A DNA stretch of 64,000 nucleotides, taken from contig CAXHJY010000725.1 in NCBI GenBank assembly GCA_964016885.1, positions 62,001-126,000 of the forward strand, written 5' to 3'. This document shows, one piece after another, positions 11,856 through 26,640 of the stretch (position 1 is the stretch's first letter; each line of letters starts with the position of its first letter). The notes under the pieces are model-generated. The model did no database searches, was not told where the DNA came from, and saw only the letters and a program-made list of their open reading frames with translations. The translations under genes and the position numbers were made by a program. Origin of the DNA: Eledone cirrhosa (lineage: Eukaryota).

Positions 11856-13199
11856 TTCCTTCACTTATTCCTGAAAGGGCCGTGGGGACAGAGCCCTCAA
11901 ACACTACTTCCAGAGGGTCCTCTCAGAAGTAACTGCTTCCAACTGATCTGGATTGAACCCCAAGCGAGTCCAGCCAAGCTATTATATGTTATCCAACCAT
12001 CGTATTCGGTGTCTACCCTGAGTCTCCTGCCAGTTGGTTTTGCCTGTAAAATATGTCAAGTGATTCTTTCTTGAGACATTCCTACCACATACCCGTAGTA
12101 ACGGAGCTGTGCTCTCTTTCAATTGGGAGAAGTAACAGCTCTACCTAGAGTGACAGTATCGAGTAACGTTTCCCCCAAAACACTTCTGAGGAATCCCATT
12201 TCGATCGATTGTATTCACGATCGTATTCTTTCCGTCATTACCCAAGATTCATGAACATAGGTAAGCACGAATACCGAATATAACGAGTTTGGCTTTTACA
12301 CCTATCTCACTTCTTTTGATTACTGAATGCTGAAGCTGGCGCATTACTGCACCAGCTCCTGCAATTCTTGCACTTTATTCGGACGCCTGCCTTCCATCAC
12401 TCAATGAACACGACCCTGAGATATTCGAACTTCTCTACCTGCTTCTACACGTAGGGGGTGAGCGTCTCAATTTTTGCAGTACTGATTTTCATTCCAGCCA
12501 TGCAGCCCTCGGCATCAAACCTACCGAGTGCAAGTCGGAGATCACCTTCTGTCGAATTAAGTAACACCATGTCGTCTGCAAATTTCGGCTGACTGATTTT
12601 ACATCCGCCAGTCATGATACCACATCGAACCCGGCAGTGCATGTCAATCCTGTTCATGTAAACAATAAACAAGGGCGGTAACAGTACGCACTCTTGGCGG
12701 AGTTCGAATCCCACATTGAATGGTTTCGATTTAGCACCGTTTATCCAAACACATATACTTAGGCATTCGTATAGAGATATCAGGGCAGCAAGAAGCTTAC
12801 CTTTAATCTAATACTCCTGCAGAACTTTCCACAGCAGGTCGATAAAACAAAAATATACTTCTTGGCCATTTCACGAAGACTTGTCCTATTGTGAATATTT
12901 GGTCGGCTGTGCTGTGTCCGGGGCAACGAAAACAACACTGTTCACCAGTTAGCTTGGATTCGACAGTCGCTTTGACAGACACTTAACATAGGCTTTTCCG
13001 CTGAGTCTCAACAAAAAAATCCCTCTGTAATTGGAATAAATCTCTCTTGTCTCCTATTTTGAAAATTGGGATTATCACTCCTGATTGCCATTGCTTAGGT
13101 GTCTTTCCAGAGATCCAGGCCACCCACACGAGATGGCCAGAGAATACATTCTCTATTTAAGGCTTTTAACATCACGAGCCGGATTTCATCCTCCTCTGC
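11856..13199 (-). mobile_element. RTE-clade (Rex3/Expander-like) LINE, RT and 3' end, pseudogenised
   Basis: EDEIRLVMLKAL, ELRQECVLLPPLFIVYM, KFADDMVLL, GMKISTAKIE, VEKFEYLRV. Confidence 0.88.
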
Positions 13200-14212
13200 T
13201 AGAGAACGAGTCGCAAGTGGCGGATAGCCATACGGCCGCCAGATATGATGGTTATGATGGTTAGTTGCGATATAAGCAGAGAAGTGTCAGACGAATAAGA
13301 AACCCCGGATCAAACAGCGGTAAACTACTAGAGGAAATGGAGTAATGGGTGACACCTGTGGCTCCCAAGAAAAGCCTAGTCAATGCGCGTTTGACAAAGT
13401 ACCACCTAAACTGAAACTGTAATATGATGAGGAAAACAAAGAAAAACCATACCGCTTCGTTTTTCGCGCGGGTTAACAAGGGACGCCATCAGGTCTTAGG
13501 TAAAGGGGCCTGTTCGAAAGATATATTGCTGTCCCCATTTCATACTGCAAAAACTAACGATAGACCTGTGACCTGTCCTGGGAGGCGTGGGATGGACGCA
13601 CAAAAAGTTTGCGTATTCTAAAACACCAAAGAGTTTGAACCTGGAACATCACAACCCTTACAGGTAAGGAGCAGGAACTAGTGGAGGAGGCTAGATGCTT
13701 ACTGGCTAGATATAATCGGGGTTTCCTCAACAAAGTCCCGTGGCTCTGATACTGTAAATTTGGATAGAAGATGGAAACTCCACTATCCAGTTGTGACACC
13801 AGAAATGACTGCACAGACGGGAGTGGGGATGTTCACAAGCCCCTGGCTGTCAGAATCTGTTGTGGACTGGATCCCATTAGGAGTGGGGATTTACCTCTTG
13901 AAACTTACGCAGAAAGATAGGTCTCTCTGGGTGATGTAAGTTTATGTACCAAACAAAGAGTTTGAATACAGACCCTTCCTTGATGAAGTCAGTACAGCGT
14001 TAGATGTAGTTAAGACTGAGTCATATATCCTGATGGGAGGCTTAAATGCACATATTGGCACTGATGATCTGACATGGAAAGGCGTGATTGGAAGGAATGG
14101 CAATTCAGATCTAAATACGAATGAAGAAGTCTTACTAGACTTCTGTTCTAGCAATGGACTCTCTATTATGAACACCTTCTTCCAGCACAGAGACATACAT
14201 AAATATACATGG
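13200..14212 (+). mobile_element. Inverted 5' part of the same RTE LINE (5' UTR + AP-like endonuclease)
   Basis: TWNITTLTGKEQELVEEA, ILMGGLNAHIG, NEEVLLDFCSSNGLSIMNTFFQHRDIHKYTW. Confidence 0.88.
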
Positions 14213-14879
14213 TTTCCCAAATCTGTATTTTGGCGACTATATTTTCAAATATCGAATTTCCTAATGCATTGTAAGTTATCGAAATGTTCATATATATATT
14301 CCAATGATTTTCAAAATTAAAATTGAAACCGGTCAATCATCGTTTAAATCAGAGGGCAGAGAGCCGGAAACAAAATCCGCATTATAAACAACTTTCTAAC
14401 GACCCTGTCAATTCTGACAATCCGTAAAGTAAATAAATATTCTTAAAAGAATCCAGTTGCATTTTCAATTTCTTTTCCTTACATTTTTACACCCGTGTAG
14501 GACATTTAAAAAAAACCATGCTTTCTTAACATGACAACGTGAATGGACCTGTTATTTTTCTCTAAAAACATTATTTCCAATTCCACCCCGCCCGTCCTTT
14601 CAATCTATCTAATTTCTCATTCTTTCATCTGATGAAAGACTAGCGTCCGAAACGTTAAGACCCCTTCCTGCTATTTCAAGCGTTAACCTAATATATTACT
14701 TCTATATACTGTACCGATTATGCTGCAACACTGACTTCGATCCTTTTAAATATATATATATATATGTGTGTGTGTATGAGTGTGTGTGTGCGTGTACGTA
14801 TGTGTGTGAATATGTGTTTATCCAAATTTACATACGTGTTTATACTCAGAAAGACACACACACACACGCACACGCACAC

Positions 14880-14921
<42 letters not shown>

Positions 14922-14927
14922 GCACAT

Positions 14928-15010
<83 letters not shown>

Positions 15011-15093
15011 GAAGGAGTAGGACCCCGACGGCTGAGCTCGAGCCGTTTCGACGGCTAATTCTAGACTATATATATATTAGATATATATATATA

Positions 15094-15917
15094 CTAGCAG
15101 TAAAGCCCGGCGTTGCCCGGGGTCGCTCAGTAGCTGTGTTAAAGTTACAATGTTAAGTTTCTTTCTTGGCTTAAAAACTGTAGTGTCTACTGTGCAGACT
15201 TGCATGTGGTGTTTTTGATTAATATTCCCTCAACCAACAATATGCCTTATGAAGTTAAGAAAACATAACGATAACCCGAATGTTATAACAAAAGAGGATG
15301 CTGGGGATAGAAACTGCACTGGTTATTTATTAACAAAGATCGAAAATGTAAACACTGCAACGCAGAGAAAAACATTAGCGTAACCAAATTATCAGTTATG
15401 TCTGTCTGCACGCCTATATCACCTCTCTGCACGACTGTCTGTCTGCACGCCTAACGACGAAATATTTGCTTGTTTTACGTAGTCTTTAAATAGACTTGTT
15501 TTCAAGTAAAAATATTGTTTTAAAATGCTTTTAAATGGAAATGAAGCAAAACGGAAGCTTAGTGTTCGAACTGATGAATTTTGCAGGTCAATATTTTGCT
15601 GGCTCGACGACAACTGTTCGTGTATTGTGTTAATGTCATTTTAAACGCTGAGAAAGCCAGCGTAATTTTTTACGTAAGACGCTCAATGTAAACAGAACAA
15701 AGGGAAATAACTGATAACTTATGCTCAAAAATCGATACATTATATTCGATTTCGTCACATAGGGTGGGTCAATTTGAAATATTTTTTTTCCGATGTCTTC
15801 GCTAGGGCTCAATGTACAAGTATAGCAATTTCGGTGCAATTCCGTGAGAGATTCTAAGAGGAGATGTGTGCCAAAAATGGATAGACAGACAGACAACCAC
15901 AGTTTTATATATTTAGA
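15094..15917 (-). mobile_element. Non-autonomous Helitron
   Basis: 5' TC, subterminal hairpin CCCGGGCAACGCCGGG, 3' CTAG, inserted at A|T; near-identical to 45063-45922. Confidence 0.88.
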
Positions 15918-15929
15918 TTAGATATATAT

Positions 15930-16730
15930 ATTTCTTCAAAGTTACATTTTAAACTTAGTTCCGTTTAAATGGTTATTTATCTAGTTAATTTCTACGGACT
16001 AAGGAGAAGAAAAATTGAATATATTTTGTCTGATTGTTCTTGAAACTTATAATTTTATATAGCTCTGATTAATAATTATTTGCTTAATTAATTTTTTCAT
16101 TGAGCTACACCGTAGAAGATGGCCACACTCATATATATATCTGTGACTATGTCTAAATATATCCTTATGAATTTATTCTATACTCCCTTTTGGTTGAGTA
16201 AACCTTAGGCAGCGAACCTACCTGCCATCCGGCCTACTCTTCACACCCTTCTACTTTGACCGCTGGCCACGTGATGTTATTCACTCCTTTAGAATTAATT
16301 TCTGGCAGCGATCACTGTAGAAATTTTAGTCCTACTGAGGGAGTCTCTTGAGAAGCTCGAAACCTCACGGATAATACCAGGTTTGGACATATCCACAAAG
16401 TACGAGCGAAGGTATCGATAGTCGGGACTAGAAGATTTTGGTAAAGTTTATTTACATTTTTTTCTTCAAACTTGAATTTTAGACTTAGCTCCGTTTAAAT
16501 GATTATTTACCTAGTTAATTTCTACGGGCTAAGAGGAAAGAAAGACTTGGTAAATTTTATCTGACTGTTCCTCACAAGGGACAGTCTGTGACATTTATCT
16601 GTTATTTCTTCGAAGTTACATTTTAAACTTAGCTCCGTTTAAATGATTATTTATTTAGTTAATTTCTACGGACTAAGGAGAAGAAACATTGGATATATTT
16701 TGTCTGACTGTTCTTCAAACTTATAATTTT
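15930..16730 (+). repeat. Tandem pLTR-like direct repeats (15931, 16461, 16605) with degenerate HHR at about 16329-16388
   Basis: Three copies of TTTCTTC..CTTAG.TCCGTTTAAATG; CTGAGGGAG-TCTC-TT-GAGA-AGCTC-GAAACCT...AGGTT. Confidence 0.6.
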
Positions 16731-17247
16731 ATAAATATACGTATATATATATATATATATATATTTTCATTTTATTAAGGCTAAATAGTGAGTCTTGTTA
16801 TATGGAGTTTCGCCTCTTTATCACAGGGTCATCGTACAAGAACTATATATATGGATATGTGTGTGTGTGTGCGTATGTGTGCGTGCGTATGTGTGTCTAC
16901 GTGTGTGAGTGTGTGTGTGTGTGTGTGTGTGGATGTCTTTATGAGTATAAACAGGTATGTAAGTTTGGATATACACATATACACACACACACATACACAC
17001 GTATATATTTAAAAGGATCGAAGTCAGTGTTGCAGCATATGTACACATTTTATTTGTATATATTACAATTGGTTCGATATCGATCAGCTCAGGGTACAAT
17101 CAAGGTGACGGGGCCCAACTATTACACAACTAACACACACACACACACACACATACAAACATATATATACAAATATATATATATACACATACATAAATAC
17201 ATATATATATATTCATATATATATACATATATACATACATATATATA

Positions 17248-17317
<70 letters not shown>

Positions 17318-17398
17318 ATTATATATACACTTATATATACATAAATACATATATATATATATACATACATACATATATATAAACATATATACATACAT

Positions 17399-17443
<45 letters not shown>

Positions 17444-17494
17444 TTTATATACTTACATATACATAAATACATATATATATATATACATATATAC

Positions 17495-17532
<38 letters not shown>

Positions 17533-17992
17533 ATAGACTTGCTAAATACAAGTTTGTGCTGGAAGTGGCTAGAGCGTGATATATTGTTTATCTATGTGTG
17601 TAATCTATAGGGTTTACATTTTTGGCCTACAGTTTCACTTGATCGAACAATATGTGGTTTTAGGGAAATGTAGTCCCTGTTTATTGCACATAGAAAAGAA
17701 GGGGGGAAAACCCATAAATATACACAATAAATAAACAAATAAATATATGTATATCGTCATCATAATGCGTGTTTTACTATTTTCTATGCTGAAATGGGAT
17801 GGTCCCCCCCCCCCACACACACATATATATATATATATACATATTTATATGAGACCAATCCATGTCAGCATGGAAAATGGTAAATATATATATATATACA
17901 CGTATGTATGTATGTATGTATGTATGTATGTATGTATGTATGTATGTATGTATGTATGTATGTATGTATGTATGTATGTATGTGTGTGTGTG

Positions 17993-18023
<31 letters not shown>

Positions 18024-18148
18024 ATATGTATGTATGTATATATGTCTGTATATATATATATGAATGTATATATATATATGTATGTATATATATATATGTA
18101 TATATATGTCTGTATGTATGTATATATATATATGTGTATATATGTATG

Positions 18149-18185
<37 letters not shown>

Positions 18186-18363
18186 ATATATATATGTATG
18201 TATGTATATATATATATATATGTATGTATAAATATATATATATATATATATACATACACATATATATACTGTATATATATATATATGTATGTATATATAT
18301 ATGAATGTATATATATATATATGTATGTATATATATATATATATGTATATATATGTCTGTACG

Positions 18364-18424
<61 letters not shown>

Positions 18425-18447
18425 ATATATATATAGATATATGTATG

Positions 18448-18485
<38 letters not shown>

Positions 18486-19575
18486 CATATATATATACTG
18501 TATATACATACATATGTATATATACATACATATATATATATATATGCACACACACACACACACAATACTTCGCTTTTGTATTTGTTTTACAAAAATTCTT
18601 GTGAAGTCGTGTGTTGAAACATATTGTTAGACTTCGGGTTAGGGTCAACCTGCTAATAAAAAGACACGCACGAAAGAATTTCACTTCAGTTTATTATTAG
18701 GCAAACTAATGGTCCTTTTTGTCGGTGGTTGATCGTCTTAAGATCCACTTTGGTCTCGTATGACCATGGCATTTTGTTGCACCTAGAGGGTTTCCCCTTT
18801 GAGACAGTCGCCCATGCATACCTGTCTCTCCTCTAACCACACAACCGATGTCGTAGAAGGAAAAGGCAAAGGTCGATACAGCTTGTTACCAACGACGTCA
18901 CAACTCCTTTCCAGATAAATAAATTGGAGCAACGAGAAACAAAGCGTTTTGCTCTAGAATACAACAAGCCGTTCACATTTCGGGAATCGAACTCACAACA
19001 TCATGATTGTGAATCCAACGAGCTAATCAGTAAGCCACGCCTCTTCACATTAGACTAATAATTGTTTCTACTTTTCGCACAAGGCTAGCAATTACCCCAG
19101 TGTATTGCTGGTGATTTATTTTATCGACCCCGTAAGGATGAAAGGCAAAGTTAACCTCGGCGGCATTTGAGCTCAGAACGTAAAGGGCCATAACTCTATG
19201 CAGCAAAGCATGGTGTCTGACGCTCTACCGATATCGCCAATCCACCGAGGACCAGCGTCCGATATGTTAAAACTCTTTTTTTCTACTATTATCTATTGCG
19301 TTCTACTGTACTGTTTGCTTTGTTGTTTTCCGTTTACTTTTCGCATATATATTTTTTTTCTTTATCCGTGTGAGCTGGGATGCCAACTTTGGTAAAAACA
19401 GGAGTAAACAGGAGAAAGCTCTCTACATCCGTAGTTTGTAGTTACGATGGAGATTCAGTATAAGAATAACATTAAGAAAGATGCTGATGTCTAGTAAACA
19501 CAGCATCTTTCATAATCTTATTCTTATATATAGAGATTTGTGTGTGTATGTGTGTTTGTGTGTGTGTGTGTACGT

Positions 19576-19609
<34 letters not shown>

Positions 19610-20559
19610 AGATATGTACGCCCCTTTTTTATAGTCTCTTTAAACACCTTTTATTTATATCCGTGGTCTTCATTTTATTATACTACTGTATTGAGGGCGG
19701 TGGATTGGCAGTATCGGTGGAGAGTCGGACGCCATACTTTGCAGTAAAGAGTTACGGCCCTTTATGATCTGAGTTCAAATCCCGCCTATGTTAACTTTGC
19801 CTCTCATCCTTACGGTGTCGATTAAAAAAAGTACCAGTAATGCACTGGGGTCGATTTAATTGGTTTTCTCATCCCCCAAATTACTGGCCTTGTGCCTATA
19901 TAAGAAACCATTATACTACTGTATTAGTTTTAAGATCCTCACATTTTTTAAAAACTAATTTCTCCTATATTATATATGTACGTCTTATACTTTATTTAAA
20001 TAGACACTACATGATTTTTAATCTTTAATTTTTAATGTTATCATATTATATATACTAGCAGAAAAACACACTTCGGGTAATTTTCTGTTACCATGTGTAG
20101 TGTGCATATTGATATTATACACAAGTATATATGCATGTAGATATGATACATCAAATGAAATCCTAATTGACAATATGCACAGAAATTGAACGAAGTCTAT
20201 GTTACACTCTCTTATGTAATCAGTAAAGTAATCCATGATACATTTAAAAAAGACGATATTATATATAAACTGCATTAGGAGAAAATTAGCGACGGAAATA
20301 TATGCGATATTTTTATAAGTGTTATAATATAATGGCCACTAACCGGAAGTGTTGACATTTGAAGATTTTAAAGAAGTGAATCTTTAAATAAGCAATAAGA
20401 TATATTTAATCAAGAGTTACAAAATTTAGTAGATAAATTATGTAATATTCATTCATTATTTATTCAAAGTAATCCAACTTATTTTACAAACGGAGTAAAA
20501 AAATATATTATGAACGCTGAATGGCCCGGCGTTGCTCAGGATTCTAAACATAGATTGGC

Positions 20560-20760
20560 ATGTTTATCCCTCCTTTCTGAAACAGTACAGAGAAGTACGG
20601 AATACCTCGGCCTTGAGACCATCGAAGAGTAGATTCCACTGACGATTCGTTTGCTCGCATGTTCTTTTTCTTGCCGCTTTCGCAGTATTTCGGCCAATGG
20701 AGTATCTCTTCCTTCGAGGCATGATCTAAAAGCAGGACGAAGTACACTAAGACTAACAGG
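20560..20760 (-). mobile_element. Helitron N-terminal coding remnant
   Basis: TTTTAG-ATC-ATG then MPRRKRYSIGRNTAKAARKR, resembling invertebrate RepHel N-termini; partial copy near 47520. Confidence 0.5.
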
Positions 20761-20985
20761 TAGAGTAAGGAGTAAACTCGTCAGTGATGCATGTGATTTC
20801 CGTTGACTATGTAATTGCTAAGCCACGAGTGCCGTCTTAACCGGGGCGCGACGTTATAGCTATGTATCTATCTGCATTACGACATTATGAAAACATTGAC
20901 TACGCTATCTGTGTGTGTGTGTAAATATGAATATATAGTGTATGTGTATATATATATATATAGTGTGTATATATATATATATAAT

Positions 20986-21281
<296 letters not shown>

Positions 21282-21949
21282 TATATATACATAGTGTTAG
21301 TCGAACCAAAGAGGGCTCGATAAGGATAAATATATATCAAATATATAAGAACCCTAGAACAAATCTTGTTCTCATTCCTGAGGTATTATCTTCGCTTTTT
21401 TCCGTTCATTGCCAGGGGACGTCTTCATGACAAAAGTATCGTCTTCCTGTTTTCCTTCGGTTGCAACGTTTTTCGAAATATTTACGTTTTATGTTTTCAT
21501 AATGTCGTAATGCAGACAGCCAGACATACAGACAGATATTATAAGGGCACGACGTTATAGCTATTTATCTATCTAAAAAGACAGACTAAGAAAGAGAGAG
21601 ATATCGCTAACCGGCGCCTAATGCGGTCCTTAGGGCATTGAAAATTTGAAATATGTTTTGCTCAAAACACCCATACGACCATACGTATTACATGTGTAAA
21701 GTGAGGAAAAAGTCGGTTGGGTGGTTCTCGAGTTTTAGCGGGAGACAGGCAGATATTCTCTGTTTTAGATATATAGATGATTAGATAGAAATACAAACAT
21801 ATAATCAATTAATTATTGCTAGGAACCTTATAAATATGACACAAAAATATATAATCAAAGCGAAAAAAACAAAAACAACAAAAAACATCAATTCAAGTAC
21901 CTCAATCGGTTACACACCAAAAGGATTATCGGAACTTCTTTGTGGCAAG

Positions 21950-22130
21950 TCAACTCGCTCGCAACATTAACGCTGTAAGGTGATGGCGAGGCTAAGGCGT
22001 TGAAACAACCAAGCACCCTCACGGGCACCACCTGATAGATACCTCGGTAAAGCGAGCCGCCAACGATGACAAGAATTTCGTTGTCAGCAGTCCAGCAGCT
22101 CCCCCAGACGTACAAACACCACATGCTGGA
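21950..22130 (-). mobile_element. CRE-clade non-LTR retrotransposon relic (restriction-like endonuclease C-terminus)
   Basis: Frameshifted GVCTSGG...TTKFLSSLAARFTEVS / GGAREGAWLFQRLSLAI resembles the G.ETxG...RE..FLFQRLSLAI tail. Confidence 0.65.
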
Positions 22131-22152
22131 AAAAGTAGTTTGTTTATGTATA

Positions 22153-22339
22153 CAGGCCTGTCAACTCTCCCCATCCGACTGGGAGATCTCCCATCCCCCT
22201 AGAGGTGGATGAGAGATGTCTTGTGAAAATGGATATAGCTTTCATTATGCAAAATCTCTCTATTTTGCCTCATTGCTCCCCGTTTTGGGGCACTTTTTTC
22301 ATGAAACTCCCCGTTGTGTCTTTAAAGGTTAGCAAGCCT
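22153..22339 (+). mobile_element. About 190-bp MITE family (copies 42867-43060, 43953-44155, 63843-63993, partial 42724)
   Basis: Ends of the form CAGACCTGTCAAC / GTTGGCAGGTCT; shared internal GCTTTCATTATG..AAATCT. Confidence 0.7.
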
Positions 22340-22579
22340 AATTCCTCGTATTTTAGAATTTTATTCCGTTCAGTTACGGAAGCAGTGACGCTCACATTTT
22401 TAATTATTAATTGTTAATTTTAATTTCTAATCCCTTATTTACCTATTTTATCATTATTTATCAATTTGCCGGACAACAGTGGTAGCGGTGGGGATGGGCA
22501 TGCCGCCACCAGAATTCTAATCCAATGATGTTAGCGACTGCTGGACAAGAATGCAGCTGTAAAGTAGCACCTTTTAGAC

Positions 22580-22848
22580 CAGGTATGGGCAACATTTTTC
22601 GAGAAGCAGGCCGCATGAGATATGACTCATCATCACGCGGGCCGCAAGCGCTAATTTACATTCGTGTCCACATTAAAAAAAAGGCGGTAACTCTGATTGT
22701 TTTGATTTGTTTCCTTAGAATTCGTACCCCTTGTTTTCCTCGATCGTTACGACTGAAACGTTGGGGTAAAAAAATCAGAAAGATCTCACTTAGGTGACTT
22801 AGGCGAGCTATTCATAAAGCTTTGCGGGCCGGAGGTTTCCCATGACTA
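22580..22848 (+). mobile_element. hAT-type MITE
   Basis: TIRs CAGGTATGGGCAAC / GTTTCCCATGACTA; 8-bp TSD TTTTAGAC / TTTTTGAC. Confidence 0.72.
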
Positions 22849-23669
22849 TTTTTGACTGAATTGAACTCCGTGACCGTCATATCAAGTTGAAATATCTCAC
22901 CAACTGTGGAGGGAGGATTATTTTGATATGTGTCAGATAGAATTGTCCCGATAGTTGTAAACAAATTACAAAGGGTGGGAGATGGGTGGGTGGTCATTCA
23001 ATCCCTCATGCCTGCGTAGAACTAGAATTCACAAGGAAACGGGTCTCAATAATGGAGACATCAAATTTGTCCGTTACCTTGTGAATAGCTTGTATTGCAT
23101 TAGCAACATAACAATACTTATTAGATAAGATGATGTCTGATAACGTCAAGTAATCACAGAAATATGTATTCTCGCATACATAACAATTTGTTGTTCAAGG
23201 GAAAAGCAAAGGTCAATACAGTTTGGCACCAGTGACGTAACAACTCATTTACAGTTGACTGAAATGGAGCAACATGAAATCAAGTGTTTTGCTCAAGGAC
23301 ACAATATACTGCCCGGTCCGGGAATCGAATTCACAAACTCACGATTTGAAACCGAACGTTCTAACCTCTAATCCATGCACCTTCATATCTATATATAAAG
23401 GTATAATAAACAAACTTCAGCCTCCAGGACGCATGGTAGATTTTTGAAACTTATTTTAAGAAAAAAAGTAGCGTCTTCGACGCCGGGAAATACGGTAATA
23501 AGATAAAACAAAATATATATATATGTAGTAAGAAACACAGTAAATCGTGTGTCTAATATTACGAGGGTTGAAGAACCACATTTGTTTGAAATATTTAACC
23601 ATGAAACAGACAGAATGATAAAATAAAATAAAATTGTATTATATAAAACCGCCTCAATAACAAATTATA

Positions 23670-23751
23670 TCTGTCGGACAGATTAGGGATTAATCTGTTT
23701 CGCCCTGAGTGTGTTTGTAACAGATAATCCACGGGCATCATCAGCGACAGA
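23670..23751 (-). ncRNA. Fully canonical type I hammerhead with GUC cleavage triplet
   Basis: TCTGTCG-CTGATGA-T-GCCC...GGGC-GAA-ACAGATTA-ATCCC-TAATCTGT-C-CGACAGA. All three stems pair. Confidence 0.9.
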
Positions 23752-25185
23752 ATCTGATTAAATGCGACAAACACCTAGTACTAACGTTCACATAGAAAAA
23801 TGAATTCATCACCTCGTGTGCCGTAAGTCAAAAGTGGTGTGAGTGTATTGGTTAGAAATAACAGTCCAACACACGCAACTTAATAAGCTCACCTCTTGAG
23901 GGAGCCGAAATATAAATGAAAGTTAGAGTTAATAACTCATACTGAAACCCTGTAATCAATAAGCTCTAAGTATAAATACTGAGCATTGTGAATTGTCAGT
24001 ATCGGTAGAGGGTTGGACGCCATGTTTTCTAGCATAGTTACGTCCCTTTACAGTCTGAGTTCAAATCCCGCCGAGGTTAACTTTGCCTTTCATCCTTTTT
24101 TCCTCGAGGGGGTTTAACCCTGTGGTGGACTTGCGTCCTGTCCAGTACTCTCAGTCGTTTCATACCATGACACCGGGATAAGCACCCGCCAAACAAACCT
24201 TCTGGCTTAAGACATTAGATTTAGACTGACTTACTACTAGTTACTTTTTCACAATATTTCCTGTGAGTTTATTTTTGGTTTGTTATTAATAACAATTTGA
24301 AATTTAGGCACAATGACAGCAATTTGTGGGTAGGGGAAGTCGATTATATCGACTTCAATAATTTACTGGTACTTTATTTTATGGATCTTGGGTGGATGAA
24401 AGACAAAGTTGACCTCGGTGAGATTTGAACTCAAAACGTAAAGCATTTTGTCCCACGCTATAACGAGCCTGCCAATTCACTGCCCTTGGTTTGATATGAA
24501 TAAGGATTTTAGATTTAGGCACATGGCCAGCAATTTTGGTGGCAGGAAAAGAAAATTAAATCTACACCAATGTAATTACTGGTACTTTATATTATCGAAC
24601 CCTGTAAAGATGAAAGACAAAGCTAACCGCGGCGGGATTTGAACCCAGAACGTAAATGGCCGCAACTATATTCCGTAAAGATGTACGACACTCTACCGAT
24701 ACTGCTAATCCAACGCCCTTGGGTTGTTATTAATTATGTAATTATTAACTGCGTTATAAATAGTAATTAATAAAGAAGGTGTTTATTGCTATTAACGTAA
24801 CTTTCATAGTTAATCTTCTAGATATTTTTGTGAAATTCTATACAAAATGGCAGTTATTAACTTACGTTTATTTATATAATTTTGTTTCATGCTCTGTAAT
24901 ACGTATTATACAATGATTATATAATGAAGGCGCATGACTGAGTCGTTAGAAAATTGGATTCGCAATCGTGAGGTTGTTATTTCGATTCCCGGACCGGGTC
25001 GTGCATTATGTCCTTGAGCAAGACACTTTATTTCACGTTGCTCCTTCTGCCTGGAGTTGCGACCGACAGATAGTATTAACAATAAGAAAGACCAATGGAA
25101 ACATTCTTTCCTCGGTCCGATTTGACAAACGCCGTTCCATTCGTTAAGCGAATGAGGTCTGGGATCTTGCCGATCGATTGTCGAA

Positions 25186-25287
<102 letters not shown>

Positions 25288-25329
25288 TTATATATATACG
25301 TGCATACAAACATACATAGACGATGATGA

Positions 25330-25715
25330 TAGCTGCAACTCGATTTCGAGTAATTCCACAGCGTGATACTTAGGCATGAGCACCACGGACGTGGCTTCCT
25401 AGTCCTGCTAGGGACCCACATATATTCATACATATAGAGGCTCCGCTTTTTACGAATAGTGTAGATTTCTGGAGTTTATTCCTAAGTCGAAATGTATTCT
25501 GTTCTGCACGTCGGGGAGAGGAAGAAACGACGAACTGTGGGTAGGGGTGACAATCTCTCACAAACTGTTGATTTGCTGTTGCTGTTTCGGGTTAATGTTT
25601 ACTTGATCAAGATGAAAGATAACTGATGAGTTTCCAGGGTCCACCGCGAATAGGTCGACAAATGTGGGCTCCCAGGGTTTGTACTGTTATCGTTGGTCAC
25701 TATATATACACATAT
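25330..25715 (-). mobile_element. Possible highly decayed CRE RT-tail fragment
   Basis: Weak LGAHI, RDC...SSP and QKSTLFVKSG similarity to LGAPI / RNC...RSSP / QATLPVKxGG. Confidence 0.3.
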
Positions 25716-26137
25716 ATGCATATACAATTTAACTAAAAATGATACGAACATTATTTGCATAACATACGTTAATCAGTCAGATAAATGACTTCGTGTTGGT
25801 AAATATATTATTATATCAAATATACACACACCATTGCATGGTTTCTGCATTCCTGTCTGTCAACAACAGATCCAATCGGAGCTTCTATTCACAGTAGTTA
25901 GGTAATATCAACTGTCAATACGTAATTTTGTTCGGAATGCTTCATCAGAGGGTGGTAGCCTCCCACGAATGGAAAGGCCTGTTTATCCGACAAGTTCACG
26001 TCAAGTCGGTATCATCCACAAATGTAGTAGTAATCCCAGACGTGTAACGATACGTGACTTCTCATTTACATGAGGGTGACGTCATAAATTTCTGTCTATC
26101 TACCTCATTCTGTCACTTTCAGACCACACAGCGTTCA

Positions 26138-26207
<70 letters not shown>

Positions 26208-26271
26208 TCGCGCTCCCCCTCTCTGTATATAAAGTGAGCGTGACGGACGGGCAGACAGCGCTCTTATGATA

Positions 26272-26340
<69 letters not shown>

Positions 26341-26640
26341 ACGTCGATTTAAATAAAATTTATTTCAATCATATAAATCAGCTGAAATATGCTTTATACA
26401 GGCTAAAATCTGTATTTTACAGAGCATTGTTTATCAAAAAATTTATTTGGCTACCATACCAAAGTATATTACTTTTAAGAACATAGCAAGAAAAAAATAT
26501 ATTTAAGGTAAAAATATAATGTTACCTGCAAAATTGCGCAGACCGCGGTTTCACCATGCTTACGAATACCAGCTAAATAACATAATTAATTAGCTAGTCA
26601 TAAATCACATGGGTCTTTAGTTGACTAGTCTTAAGATATA

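Noticed and set aside
21888-22124. 78-aa ORF as a host exon
   Set aside because: The other two frames carry CRE endonuclease-tail motifs, so a retroelement relic explains it better.
23468-23498. Complete Tc1/mariner (Tc2-like) element from TACCGTATTT ends (also near 52080)
   Set aside because: Only single same-orientation terminal fragments are visible, with no partner TIR or transposase.
25900-26045. ICG-TGA-YRL on the - strand as a SELENOF-like CGU motif; also CTGATGA...GAAC as an HHR
   Set aside because: There is no further similarity or splice support, and the HHR lacks GAAA and stems.
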